From Neovahlkampfia damariscottae (Eukaryota), in NCBI GenBank assembly GCA_016618085.1, contig JABLTG010000140.1, forward strand, positions 1 through 54,116: a stretch of 54,116 nucleotides of DNA, in the 5' to 3' direction. Positions 31,678 to 44,743 of the stretch are shown in pieces (position 1 is the stretch's first letter; every line of letters starts with the position of its first letter). The position numbers were made by a program, and so were the translations under genes. Below the pieces are notes generated by a model. It was not told where the DNA came from and made no database searches. It was given only the letters and a program-made list of their open reading frames with translations.

Positions 31678-34242
31678 TTATTGTTCAAGTTTTGAATACA
31701 TTTCATCAATATCTGATTTATATTTTTCAATAATTGCAGATCTTTTTAATTTCATTGCAGCAGTTAACATACCATTTTCTGGTGTCCATTCATCTGCAAA
31801 TAAACGAATATCTTTCACTTCTTCAAAACTCTTCTTTTTATGATGAGCAGCATTTTCTTTCAATGATTTTAATAAAGCAGCAATAACTTTTGGATTTTTG
31901 CATAATTCTTCCATTGATCCTGAAATTTTATGTTCTTCAGCCCATTTTTGTAAATAAGAAGCTTGTGGAAGTACAATTCCAACTAATGAATTTTTATAAC
32001 TATCTCCATAAACAACAATTCCATTTGGAGCTACAAATGGATTTCCACCATAAATTGATTCTAAATGTTCAATAGCAACATATTCACCATGAGCTAATTT
32101 AACTAAATTCTTCTTTCTATCAATAATTCCTATTTAAATGTTAAAAAGAATTCAAAGGTTACTAAGAGTTCCATTCTTTTCCCATTGTCCAATATCACCA
32201 GTGTGAAACCATCCATCTTGATCATAAGCTTCTTTTGTTTTTTCTTCTTCATTGAAATAACCACCAGAAACCTTTATAAACCTTGTTAACTTTTTTTTTT
32301 TTTACGTTCAATCCTTTGATACAAATTTCACCTTGTGGTGGATTGCTTGATGAAAAATATTTCATATCTTCAACATCAACTAATTTTATTTGACAACTTG
32401 GAATTGGTGGTCCAATTTGATAAGCTGTATAATAAGTTTCATTCACATCTTCAAAAGTGTGAAAAGAAGTGTTTAACTTTACCTTGAACTGTACCTCCAG
32501 CACATGTTTCTGTTAAACCATATCCTTGAACTGTAACAGCACCAAAAGCAAGTCTTAAAAATTCTTGAGATTCTTTTGATAATGGAGCTCCTCCTGAAAT
32601 TAAACGAGTAGTTCTTCCACCAAGATTTTCTTTGAATTTATTAAAAACTAAAAGATTCCATAAAGGAGTATCTTTTCCATTTTGTACTGCTCTTTTTTTA
32701 GCTGCTAAAGCTGTTTGGAAAATCCATTTTGTAATAGCTCCACCATTGTTTACTTTTTCCATTGCACCTTTTTTAATAGTGTCATAAATTCTTGGAACAG
32801 CAATCATCTATAAGAAAAATAATGAGTAGTCTTTAAATTTACCAAAGTAGGTTTAATTGCTTTTAAATCACCAACTGGTTTTGCATTTGCATCTGTAAGA
32901 GTTCTTGGTGAACCATAACCAACACAAGCACCTAAAACAAGAATAGCAATTTCAACACCACTTAAAAAGTTACAAAAACTAAACTTACAGTTCAAAAATA
33001 TGAGCAAGTGGTAAATAAGCAATATGAGTATCTTTTGAGATATCACCAAGACATTCACTGAATGCAGCAACAACTGAAACTAAATTTCTGTGATAAATAA
33101 CAACACCTTTTGGATTCTAAATAAGTTTAAAAAAAAAAGACAAAAAAAAATACTCCTGTTGAACCTGAAGTATACATAATAACAGCAACATCATCAGGTT
33201 TTGGTGGTGTAAGTTTTGTTTCTGTTTGTTTCTTTCCTACTTCTTCAACTTCTGAAAATGAACAAATTTCTAATCCTTCAACTTTTTCTTCATTTTTGTA
33301 TTCATTTGCAAAAATAATATATTTGAGTGTTGGAATTTTATCTTCTTTTTTAAGTTCTTAAAAAATATGTTAAAAAAGTTTTTTTGTTTACTTTTTAAAA
33401 CTTGAATAGAAGAAGCATTACAGAATATAGCTTGCATTTTTGTTTGGTTGATGGAGTACATTAATGCATCTTCACCTAAATTTGAGTACACTGTAACAAC
33501 TGGAAATGAAGATCTAAAACATGCTTGAGCACCAATCATCCATCTATTTTTTTTTTAAAAATGAGTTTCTTTACTTTGGTCTTGTATTTTCAAAGAAACC
33601 GAAATAGTCACCTGGTTTTAAATAGGTTAAATGAGCAAGTCCATTTGCAAAATTTTTAATTCTTTCATCAACTTCAGTAAAAGTTTGCCATTTTAATTCA
33701 CCAAATCTACAGAAGGAAAATTAAATAAAAAAAAAAAAATTACTCTTTTCAATAGATGTTAAATATAAGAAAATAAAACCTGGTGTAAGCCATTCTTTTT
33801 TCTTTTCAAAATGAGTTTTTTTTTTTCTTACTTTTCCATTGCTCAAAGTAACTGTTTTTTTGTGCATTTGAACTAATTCTCTTTTTCCCATACCTTTGAA
33901 AAGTTAGGATCGATATTGAATTGAGAGTACATTTTTTGTTTTTATATTTCGCAGCTGCGTTGTCCCATAATTCATTAAGAGTTAATAAACCTTCAACTGG
34001 AGTCGCAACAAGTTCTTTTGGATATTTTGCGTTCATTCTAGGTTTTCCTTTTTATTTTTTCATTAAACATCAATAAAATTACCTTCTCCTTTTTTTGTTG
34101 GAACATCAACTTCTACGGATTGAATAGCTGGTACCACTTCTTTTTTCTTTGAAGTAAAGAATGAAGTGAAGAAATAAATTATTGAATCAATTAAGTTGAG
34201 AGCAAAAGCGACAAAAAAACCGATGATACTGAAGACGAACAT
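31678..34242 (-). CDS. Long-chain acyl-CoA synthetase (ACSL/LACS family), many introns
   Basis: IMYTSGSTGNPKGV, AYLPLAHIFE, SGGAPLS, QGYGLTET, GWFHTGDIG, IIDRKKNLVKLAHGEYVA, WTPENGMLTAAMKLKR. Confidence 0.93.
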
Positions 34243-34411
34243 TTAGTTGATGTTTCTTAACAGATATTTCTGACCAATGAAAAACTGAAAAATGTTCAAA
34301 GTTTATTGGTGGAGAAAAAAAATCCAATCTTTTTTGAGATAAAAAACAAAGAAGAATTTTGCAAAAAAGATAGAAAGGAGTTGGGAGAATCCATTAAATT
34401 AATTCTTTATT

Positions 34412-37400
34412 TCAAGATAATTTTGTCCAAGAAGGTGGAAATAATCTCCTTTCAATGAATTTCACAATGTAAACTGGAACCAAACTTGCAGCAATAATAA
34501 TCAAAACTCTCCACCAAAATGAAAATGTCAACATGAACGCAATATCTAAATAAAATTAAAAAAAAAAATCCCAAACCAAAATATGATGGAAGTAAAAATA
34601 TTGAGCCTAAATAAATTAAAATACTGATCAAATTTGCAATGATGATAAAAGGGTTAAAATGTTTGTGTACTTCTATTTGTACCATCAATAATTCAGTGAT
34701 GATCAAAGCTGTAAATGTAATACTAACAATTCTTTGAAATGAACTTTCAAATAACAAAATTGCAAGAATCATAATAATACCACCTTGATAAACAGCTTTG
34801 AAAAAGAACTCCAGAAAAGTTTTTAGATTTAAACTTCTTCCTTTCTGCAATTCTTTGTATAATTCTGGATATTTGAATGCTACTTCTTCATTTACATCAT
34901 TATCTAGAACAATAGCGAATACAGGAACCATTGTGTAAAATGTTGAATATCCTACCATCAACCAACCTGTATAGATTGGAATTGCAGCGAAATAAAAGAT
35001 AGCAGAGAAAACTGCTTGAAGAATTGAAATTATTAGACCTCTATGAACAACAAATTGACTTAAACGAGCAGATCTTTGATATGCATTTCTGCCATGCCAC
35101 AACATTAATCGTTGACAGTAAGAGAACTGATTGATAGAAAAATCAGCTGCAAGACTTGCGTGCTTTCCTTCTTTTCCTACAATACCAATTCCAACATCAG
35201 CAGCCAAAATCATACTGACATCATTTCCACCATCTCCAATAGATGCCACTCTTTTTTTAGTTTTCTTCTTAATCATGTTAACAATTAAAGATTTTTGAGT
35301 TGGTGCACATCTACAACAAACTACACATGGCGCAAGTTGTGCGTATTCTAAAAACTTTTCTTTCAAGTGTTCAACGCAAATACTCAATGTTTTTCCATCA
35401 AGAATTAAACAAGAATCATATTGAGTGCTAAATTCATCCAGTTGTTCTGCAACTTCTTGAGGTGAATCTGCAATCAAATAAAAAATATTTTGATATTTTG
35501 AAACTAATTTTGTACTTCTTGCAATACATGTTGCTGTTTCAACTTTATCACCAGTCAACATCCAAACTTTAATTCCAGCATTTCTCATATTTTCAATACT
35601 TTCTTGAACATGTTCTTGCAGTTTATCTTCAACACCACTGACTCCTAATAATTGCATTCCCTTTTCCAATTTCATTCTTGCTTCATTGATGTTTTCAGCT
35701 CTGTTTTGAAGTGTAGCTTTGGCCTTTTTATATTTTTCATTCCAATTTTCATATTCATCTTGATCCAATTTTTTCATTCCAAAAACCAATGTTCTTAATC
35801 CTGATCTTGCAAGATTATCACATTCTTCAGACAACCAATCTTCAGGTTCAACTAATTTCTCCATAATAACATCAGCTCTAAAAAAAGTCAAATTGAAATT
35901 TCTTTGTTACCCTTTTGCAAAGAATATAATTTCATCTGTTTCTTTATTTTGGATGATAATACCCATTCTTTTTGATTCTGATGTAAATGGAAAAATGTTT
36001 AAAATTTCGTAGTTTTCATAAGTATCAATTGGTGTATGGAGTGTTATTGTGGTTAATGTTCTTTCTTCTAAAATTAACCCAACAGATTCAACAAATTTAA
36101 CCAATGCAATTTCATCGGGGCTTGAAGCTTGAAGAACTCTTTGATCACCTTCTACTGTTGGGGTGACATTATGACATAAAGCAAGAGCATTCATTAAATA
36201 ATGAACTTTTTGTCTATTGAGTCTTGTTTCTTTTGTTATCATTGTATCTTTGTTTGAGTATCCAAGTTTCAAATGATTTGCAATGTCAGAGACAGTATCT
36301 GGTGTAAATGAGATTGTTCCTAAATGTAATTTTTTGAAAATCATATCCTGATTGGAATTATAAAAAATGGAAAAAATGAATTACGTTTTGAGTTAAAGTA
36401 CCAGTTTTATCTGAAAATAGATAACTAATTCTTCCTAATTCTTCAGGAATTGAGCTATTTCTGACAATCTAATTTTTATAAAGTAAACTTTAAAAATTGG
36501 TTTTACTGTTCCTGCAATTTCTTTATCTCTCATAATGAAATATGAATAAAGAGTTTTTCCCATATCTAAATTAACTCTCATACTAATTGGAATAATTGAT
36601 GAAAATAACAATAAAAATCTGAAAAATGTAATGTACCAAAGTCCTCTGAATAAATTTAATGCAATCATTGCAAATGATAAAATAACCATTAAAACAAATA
36701 ATAATTTTGAAAAGGTATTCAATTCTAAATCTAATTTTCCAACCTTTGATACTGGTGAACTTGCATTCATTGAACTTTTTGTTTCACCTCCTGTGTAAAT
36801 AACAAGACCAACAACATTTCCACTAGCAACAACTGTATTTGTCCAAAGAGTATTTTCCAAATTCAAAGATTCAACTTCTTCCTTTAAAAAAAAAATTAAA
36901 ATTTCTTTTTGTAAACTTCATTTCCATATTCATCATAAGAAGTAAAATTACCAATAAAATCATAAATTTCCCTCTTTGGTCTTTCAACTAATTTTTTGAA
37001 TGGTTTCAAAATTCTTACCATAAACTGAACCATTATATTCAAATAATTCTTCATTTGTGTTTAATTTTTGTAATGGACCAATTGCTCTTCTTAATTTCCA
37101 ATCTGTTTCTCCATCTAATTGATCTGTTCTAATGAAACTGGCTCCTGTTTTTTCAGTTGTTCTTAATAAAACACAATCTGAAGGTACTCTTTGATTTGTA
37201 TGAATAACAATCATATCACCAACTTTAATAGAAGAACTTGGAATTGTTTTTGGACCATGTGGTGTTAATTTTTGATATTTTTGTGAATTTGCATCTAAAT
37301 CTCTTTTCCATCTTTTTAAATCATCTATTGCTTCTTTTGTTAATGTAACTCCAAGAACAAATACCAAAGGAGCAACATAAGTGAATAAAAAACCAACTTT

Positions 37401-37831
37401 TAAAATTGGAACAAATTGTGAAAGAGCAATCAACAAAAAGTAAAGATTAAAACTGATAAAATTAGTTTTAAAAAAAAACATTACAAAAATTTAAATTGTT
37501 CATAAAGAGCAAGTGGTAAAAATGTAATCAAATTGTACTTTTGATTCTTGACTACATTTTTTGGATATGATTGATGTTTTGGTGCTGTTTTTCCATTCAA
37601 AAAAATGGTGCGAGCAAAATATTTTTTTTTTCTTCTGATACAGTCAAATAATTTGAGACATAGACCTCTTTCATCATAGTCCATATCTTTATTACTACTA
37701 CTTACATTGTTTTTCATTTCTACTTTATCCTTTTTAAAATTAAAATTTTTCGTTTTTTTTTTTACTTCTAATTCTATGAATGGTTCTGTTTCTTCTGTAT
37801 TTTTTATATTATTCTTCAAATTCTTGAACAT
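34412..37831 (-). CDS. ATP9: P4-type ATPase phospholipid flippase, ATP9/NEO1 subfamily (6 introns)
   Basis: [92 protein letters not shown]. The exact start ATG is uncertain. Confidence 0.92.
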
Positions 37832-37964
37832 AGAAAACTTTTGTAAATTAGTTGCCAAAAAATGAGAAAAATCCAAAACTTCAACTGAGAGCAAAGTGAG
37901 ATGAAAAATCTACCAATAAAATTGATTGGAACGTTGGTAGTTTTATTAAATTTTTTATTTCTTT

Positions 37965-39061
37965 TTAAATTGGTTTTTCTTCTTCAAGGATAACTTTTTT
38001 TATTGTTTGTTCTGAATTCTTTTTCTTTCCATTCATCACTTTGGCTAATTTTGGAGAAGCTAATCTGTAGATTGATTTCCACATTTCTTGTGAATCTTGA
38101 GTTGATAAATCGTGAGTCAATTCAAAATGAAAAGGAAATTGTTCTTTTAGTAATTCAATTACATCTGTATTGAATGAAACAGCTTCTGAAACTTTACATG
38201 TTTCATATTTTACTTTTAGATCTGGATTCAAATCCACCAATTCACTTGATTGAAATTTTGTTTTTTGTGCAACTTCATTCAATAAAAAATCTATAAATTT
38301 CATCATTTTTAATGCATATGCTTGATTTATCAAAGGAATGATTTTTCCAAGTTTTTCTGTGAAATCTTTCTTCATTCTTTCTTTTACATAACTCTCCATT
38401 ATTTCAAGATATGGATTGTTTTCATCTGTTAAAATATTCAGTTTTTGTGATAAATTCATTTCTGATTTTTCATAACATTTTATCAATTCCTTCTGACATA
38501 AATCATTCAATTTTAATAATTGAAATGAAGAACTAATTTTGAAAACATCAAACCAAAATTCAAATGTATTCTTTTCAGCAAAACTTTTTAATTCACCATT
38601 ATATATGAAATATAAAATTGTCAACAAAATTTCATAAGAAGTTTCGTTTGTTTTTAGTGATGAAGTTTCTAATTTTTCTTTGAAAAATAAACAATTTGAA
38701 AGAACAATTTTATGACAAGGAATAATCTTACTTCCACAAATCACTTCAAAATCACTAAATTCTTTTGAATTGAAGTATTGTGAAAAAGGTGATTTTTCTG
38801 TTTTTAAAATTTCATTTTTTCGAATGTGGATATTTTCTGAAGATTTAAAGTAACCATGAGTTTCATGACAACGAAAATCTAATTCTACTGGACCATGATA
38901 AACTGAAATTTGGAATAATTCTATAATTGTTAATTTTGTATTTTGTATTTACGAGAATTTGAGAATTCATCCAATTTTGAAACAACTTCTTGTCTGTCCG
39001 CAGCTTTTACCAGTGAAATATTTCTGTTTGGCCATTTCACCAAGAATAATTGTCCACTCAT
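37965..39061 (-). CDS. BTB/POZ domain protein (1 intron)
   Basis: FNSKEFSDFEVICGSKIIPCHKIVLS...ILYFIYNG. Upstream exon from ATG 39061 joins through an intron at about 38921-38952. Confidence 0.75.
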
Positions 39062-39251
39062 TCTTTTGCTCTTTGTGGAAGAATTTTGATTGGAAAAAAA
39101 AAAGAAAATAATAAGGTGCAAATCGAAAATTTTTTATATTTTTAAAAAAAATATACTCATTCAATTTCCAAATATTTTTATCTGATTTCATTGGTTCATG
39201 TCGTTTGTTTTTTCTTACTTTTTTGATTTTGTTAGTTGGATTAAAAGAGTA

Positions 39252-40062
39252 ATGGGTCAATTTTTCGCATGTACATGGCTAGCAGGAGATGAAGTAAAAG
39301 CACAACCAAATAAATATGATGAAGCAGTTTGGGATTTAAAGTTACAAAGAGATAAACTACAAAAATATAAAAAAAAAGTAAAAGATAAAAAGTATTCATC
39401 TGTAAAACCACATTAGGTAGAAAGTGTAATGGAAAGAGAAACAAAAATAGCAAGAGAATTATTACAAAAAAAACAAAAAGAACAAGCAAAATTAGCTTTA
39501 CAGAAGGTTCTTTTTTTATAGTTTTTAACTTATTAACTTAGAAAAAATATCAACAAACTCTTTTAGAAAAAGCTCAAGTTCAATTAGATAACGTTCAACA
39601 ACTTGTAAAAAATATTGAATTTTTGTTTTAAATTTTAAAAAACTAAAAAGTGTGATTCTTTGGAATTTACAAAAATTGAACATGAAGTATTTGAAGCTCT
39701 TAAACAAGGAACAGAGTCATTAGAAAAATTAAACAATGTTTGTTTCTTTTCATTTTTAAAAATAAAATTTCACAGGAAATGAAAATTGAAGATGTTGAAA
39801 AAATCATGGAAGATTCAAGAGAAGCAATGGAATATCGTGATGTAAGTTTAAAATCATCTTTAAAAAAAAAAAGGAAATTTCAAAATTATTATCCGAAACT
39901 TTGACACCAGAAGATGATGAAGCAGCATTAGCTGAATTAGAAGAACTTGAAAAATTAATGAATGAAGAAATTTCAGAAACAACTGTACCAACAAAAAAAA
40001 TTGGTGAAACATCACCACTAATTAAACAAGAAGAAAAAACAAAAGTTGGTGTTTCAAATTAA
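39252..40062 (+). CDS. VPS20: ESCRT-III subunit VPS20/CHMP6 (5 introns)
   Basis: MG myristoylation start; DEAVWDLKLQRDKLQKYKKK, AKLALQKKKYQQTLL, VFEALKQGTESLEKLN, IEDVEKIMEDS. Confidence 0.88.
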
Positions 40063-40547
40063 AAATTTAAATAAAAAGTTAATTTAATAAGACCAAATGA
40101 AAAATAAAATATAAAACCGAATGTCAGTATAAAATAACTACCACAAAAACCATCTAAAAACCATATTCCAAAACAAGTAAAAACATAACTGAATAAAAAA
40201 CCAACAATTTGTGACTCTTTTGATTGTTTTCTTGTTGAATAAAGTACTATAAAGAATGATAAAAATAATATTAAAATTGAATTGATAGCTGTCGAAAAAT
40301 TACAAAAAGATCCAATGTATGAAATTGAAAATCCCAAAAAAATAAAAAAATAAAAAGTAAGCATAAAACAAAATATGATGAGTAAAAATACAAATAATTG
40401 TTTGATCAGATGAATGAAAAAATTCTGTATCAAAATAAAAAAGTTTTTGATGTTTTTGATGACATGTTGGTCAATAAAATATTTGAGATTATACCAATGA
40501 TTTATAATCCTCTGTTTTGTTCCATCAATGAAATCTTCATTTATCAT
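40059..40547 (-). CDS. Hypothetical multi-pass membrane protein
   Basis: Open frame with about four hydrophobic segments. CCAAT shared with the divergent neighbour; stop codon overlaps the VPS20 stop. Confidence 0.5.
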   Translation of the reverse strand: MINEDFIDGTKQRIINHWYNLKYFIDQHVIKNIKNFFILIQNFFIHLIKQLFVFLLIIFCFMLTFYFFIFLGFSISYIGSFCNFSTAINSILILFLSFFIVLYSTRKQSKESQIVGFLFSYVFTCFGIWFLDGFCGSYFILTFGFIFYFSFGLIKLTFYLNF

Positions 40548-40623
40548 TTTTTCCCACTTCAACAAAATTGAGCGTTGAAATTAACCAATCAAATTTTTTT
40601 CACTAAAGAATTAAATTGAAGAG

Positions 40624-41007
40624 ATGGAAGATAAAACAAAAATAAAAGGAGCAATTGGTAGTTTTTTTTTTAATAAAGCAAAGCTATATGAAGAACAAAA
40701 TTACACAGATTTATATAACCAACAATATTTTGATTATAACCAACAATTTGGTGATGAACCGCAGAAGACATTAGAAGATTTTGAAAAAGAATTCCAAGAT
40801 TCAGTTGATGAACAATATGATTGTAAATACCACTTACTTGCTGCTCAAATATGTTCACAAAAATGTCTCTCTTCAGCTTTCCATTGGAGACCAAAATTCG
40901 TAAATCCAGAGGAAGAAGTTTGCTATCAAAAATGTTATAAGAAAGTCAAAGAAATACAAATACAAACAAAAATTAATTTTGAGAAATATAAAGATTCATT
41001 TTTATAA
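40624..41007 (+). CDS. Twin CX3C protein (small-Tim-like)
   Basis: CSQKC-x18-CYQKC, with EEEVC before the second motif. Confidence 0.55.
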   Translation: MEDKTKIKGAIGSFFFNKAKLYEEQNYTDLYNQQYFDYNQQFGDEPQKTLEDFEKEFQDSVDEQYDCKYHLLAAQICSQKCLSSAFHWRPKFVNPEEEVCYQKCYKKVKEIQIQTKINFEKYKDSFL

Positions 41008-41089
41008 TAAAGACACTTTTAAATCCTAATTTATCAAGAACTGAGAACATGAACTGTTGATGTGAAAGTGTTAAATTGGAAGACTCATT

Positions 41090-42623
41090 TTAAGGAAGAC
41101 AATTTTGTTTTATTAGAATTTCAATTTCATTGATCAAATTTTCAAATTGTTTTGAAGTATTACAGACAAGATGAATATTTTGTTTTGAAGTTGTTTTTTC
41201 AATGATGAAGGAATTTTTGACGGTTTTCGATTTTTTAATGGAAATTTGATTCAAATCAAATTTTATGGTGTCCAAAGATCCAATGATGTTTTTCTGAGCA
41301 CAAATCATGAAATCTGAAAAAAGAAATAATTCACATGATACTTCTTTTCCATTTTTCTTGATTCTCTTCATTTTTAATTCTTTGATTATTCTTCTGTGAC
41401 TCGAAATCAAATCCTAAAATGTAAAAAGATATTTCTTCGTTTACTTTGATTTTTAAATATTTCTTCAAGAATCTCATTCTTAAATCTGCTTCAATTTCAC
41501 CTGATTTTTCATTGCAATACTTTGCAACGTATTGAATTAATTGAAGAGCTTGCGATAAATTTTGATGTAATTGGGTATCTTTGGTTGAATGATAAACTAA
41601 GTCTTTACATAATAATTCATATCTTGGAAGTCTTTGAATTGGTGAAATTAGATAACTATTAAGTGTTTGCATTCTATACTTTTTTGAAATCAATTCAGTT
41701 CTCACAGTTTGTAAAAAACGATGAAATTTTGAATTTTTGAGTATTGAGTTTCTGAGATGCACTTGAGCAGAATTATAGTTTGAAATATACTTCACATATA
41801 GTTTAAAAGTGATGAAATAATTTTTCAATAAATCCGAGAGTTTTAGTTCCTTTTCTTCTTGGGATTTGATTTCTTCAAATTCTTCCAGTTTTTCAAGGAA
41901 TGTTTTATTTACTCCAAGAATCATTTCGATTTCACCAAAAATTGAGTTGAAAGCTGAAACAGACAGACAGCTTTTAGAAGGAACAATATACATTTCCATC
42001 AAAATTTGAAGTGTTTGAACATAGGACCTTTCTGTTTGAAGCAATTCGTGAAAAATCAACCATCTACTTTCAGAATGTGAAATTTCCTCTGATTTATTGT
42101 TTAAATCTTCATCAGCGCTATTCCTTAGTTTCAATGGAGTTCCTAATAGATCTTCTAGATCGTCATCTGTAGTGTTTTGGCAATCTGTTGAGGAACCATC
42201 AAACAAAGAATCATCATCAGTCGAGATGACGGGATCTGATATTTTTTTAATCCTTCCAAGTTGTAATTTTGGAATTATGACTTTTCTATTGTTTTTAACT
42301 TCAATATCTTCCATCACAAAAATTTCTTCATTTTCAGATGTGCTTTCATCAGAAAGTTCATCAAATTTCTTAAGTTTTTCATTGTTGAGTGAGATGATTT
42401 CTTCTGTTTTTTCATTAACACTGTTGGCTGTTTCTTCTAAAATACTTTTCATCTGTTCAAAAGTGTAAGTTTCGACATCGTAAAGTTTGTTGAGATGCTT
42501 TTGATTTGTTGTGACATTTTGGAAAAATTCTTCATTTGCTTTATCTTCTTTTGCACTATTTAAGGTTGTCATTCCATGAACTGAGTTATTTCCATTTTCT
42601 GAGAGGTTTTGAAGATGAAGCAT
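41090..42623 (-). CDS. RhoGEF (DH-PH) protein (1 intron)
   Basis: ELLQTERSYVQTL, FKLYVKYISNY, LNSYLISPIQRLPRYELL, then the PH start RRIIKE...LFLFSDFMI. Confidence 0.88.
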
Positions 42624-42968
42624 TTTTCTGTTGCAAGAATATAGAGTTAACGTGACAATCAATACTCCACTTAAAATTAACAGCATACTCAGAATCCATC
42701 AAATTTTAATGGTTAAAGTTAAAGATTCATTAACGAATTTTCTAACCGAATTGTAGATGATTTCATTGGACAATTCATCTTCGAATTTACACATTAAAAG
42801 ATTATTTTTCAAATCAACATAAATCAAAAATATAAAATGATCTTTTCGCAGTTTTTTAGTAAATTGCTATTTCGAAACAAACTCGCTTCCATTTTTATCT
42901 AACCAATTTTTCCTGTTTGAATGAGCTTATTCATCCAATCAAATTGATCAGCAATAGCAAATTCACAA

Positions 42969-43316
42969 ATGCCAAGAAAGACCAAAAAACAGACTGGTAG
43001 ATCCGAATGGATGAAAAAATACAATGCTACAAGAGGCAACAAGGAACAAAAACGTCTAGAGGTAAGAAAAACAAAACTTCAAATAAAAAATTTTGCATCA
43101 AGGAAGAAAGAAATGAAGATGCAAAGAATGAAAATGTTATCAAGAGTTATGTAAAAAAATTGGAAAAGAGTAAACCATAAATTAAACTAAAAAATTGAAG
43201 GAATTTCAAAAAAAAAACCACAACCTCAAAGAAGTCCTGCAAGAGTCGAGAATCAGGAAAATAAAATTCCAAACATGACAAAATGGAAAAAACAACAAGT
43301 GGAAGAATCGGAATAA
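42969..43316 (+). CDS. Small basic hypothetical protein (2 introns)
   Basis: ATG after a CCAAT motif. Two GT-AG introns give MPRKTKKQ...KRLEEERNEDAK...QQVEESE, ending in a TAA within AATAAA. Confidence 0.55.
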
Positions 43317-43327
43317 ATTTTTAATTT

Positions 43328-44675
43328 TCACTTAAATTTCAATTTTTGAATAAGCAGATATGCTTTTACGACCAAATTTCTGTTCAATTGTATTTTTTAG
43401 AATTCTAACAATTGTAACCCATTCTGGTCGTTCTGAAGGATCAGTTTTCCAACATTTCTGCATCAAATCTTTTAATTCTTTAGGAACTGAAGTTTCCTAG
43501 TTTTTTTTTAGATAGTTTTTTTTTTACATCTGGGATGTTCGGTCTCAAAGAGTCAACTATTACTTTAGTGGTTAATTCATAAACATTTAGATTTGGATAT
43601 AAAGGTAATTCAAAAAAAAGTTCCCACATTACAATTCCTGACAAATTTAATGATCATTAAAATGAAAAATTACCAAAACTATAAACATCTGATTCAATGC
43701 AATAAGTACCATCTTTTAAAACTTCAGGTGCTGATGTTTCGATGGTTCCAACCTTTGTCATTTTTGTTTCTTTCATTTTGATCATTCTACTCGCGCCAAA
43801 GTCAGCTAAAAGTTTTGCTTAGATTTTTTTTCTTGAAATTTACCAACTTTAATTCTGTAGTTTCTATCAACTAAAAGGTTTCCTAATTTTAAGTCTCGAT
43901 GAATAATATGATGTTTAGAAAGGTATAGAAGTCCTAGTGCTGTATCAAACAACATTTTAAATTTTAATTCCAAATCTAATTTTTCTTGTTTCATTAAAGT
44001 CTCTAAACTACCTTTTGAACAAAATTCGCTGACTATATAAAAATAAGGAGGTTTTATAGCAGCTCCTAAAAATTGTACAACATTTGGATGCCTCAAACGA
44101 CTATTAAAGATAATTAATTTTTTTCAATTATTTTAAAACCTCATTAATGTTGTTTCACTCATAAAATCTAAAAAATGAATGATTAAAAAATAAACCTTTT
44201 AAAGGGTCATCCAGTAAATCGACTATTAAACATCTTTTAACAGCAACCGTTGAACCCAAATAATTTCCTTTATATACAGTTCCTGAAGAGCCTGAGCCGA
44301 TTTGTTGCTGTAACTCCAGGTCATCATCATTTATACTGAATCCACTTAATTCTTTTGATACTTTTACAACTGCTTTTTCCAACGAAGGAGAGAAATCTTT
44401 TAAAAATTAAATTAATTATTATTTTGGTTTTACCACTGTCAGGGTCAACGTGATATTTTGGTATTTCGTCCACAAGAGGAGTTAGCTCAGCAATTTCTTT
44501 TAATTCTTGTTGGTCGGTTATGTACGCTGTCAAAGATTTTATCCGCAAAATTAAAACCCCTATAACAAAAAGCAGGAACTGAAGGTAAGTCCAACAAAAC
44601 TCATACAATTATAATTAGGAAAGAAATAACCAAAAGCATGATGAGAACGAAAAATTCAACGTTGAACTTCACCAT
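43328..44675 (-). CDS. Tyrosine-kinase-like (TKL) protein kinase with N-terminal TM segments, multi-exon
   Basis: IGSGSSGTVYKG, VAVKR, LRHPNVVQFLG, IIHRDLKLGNLLV, ADFG, APE, SDVYSFGIVMWE, CWKTDPSERP. Confidence 0.9.
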
Positions 44676-44743
44676 CTTTGGAAACTTTCTCTTTAAAACA
44701 AAATGATTTGTTGATAATATTCCACCAATAGAATTCACTGGCA

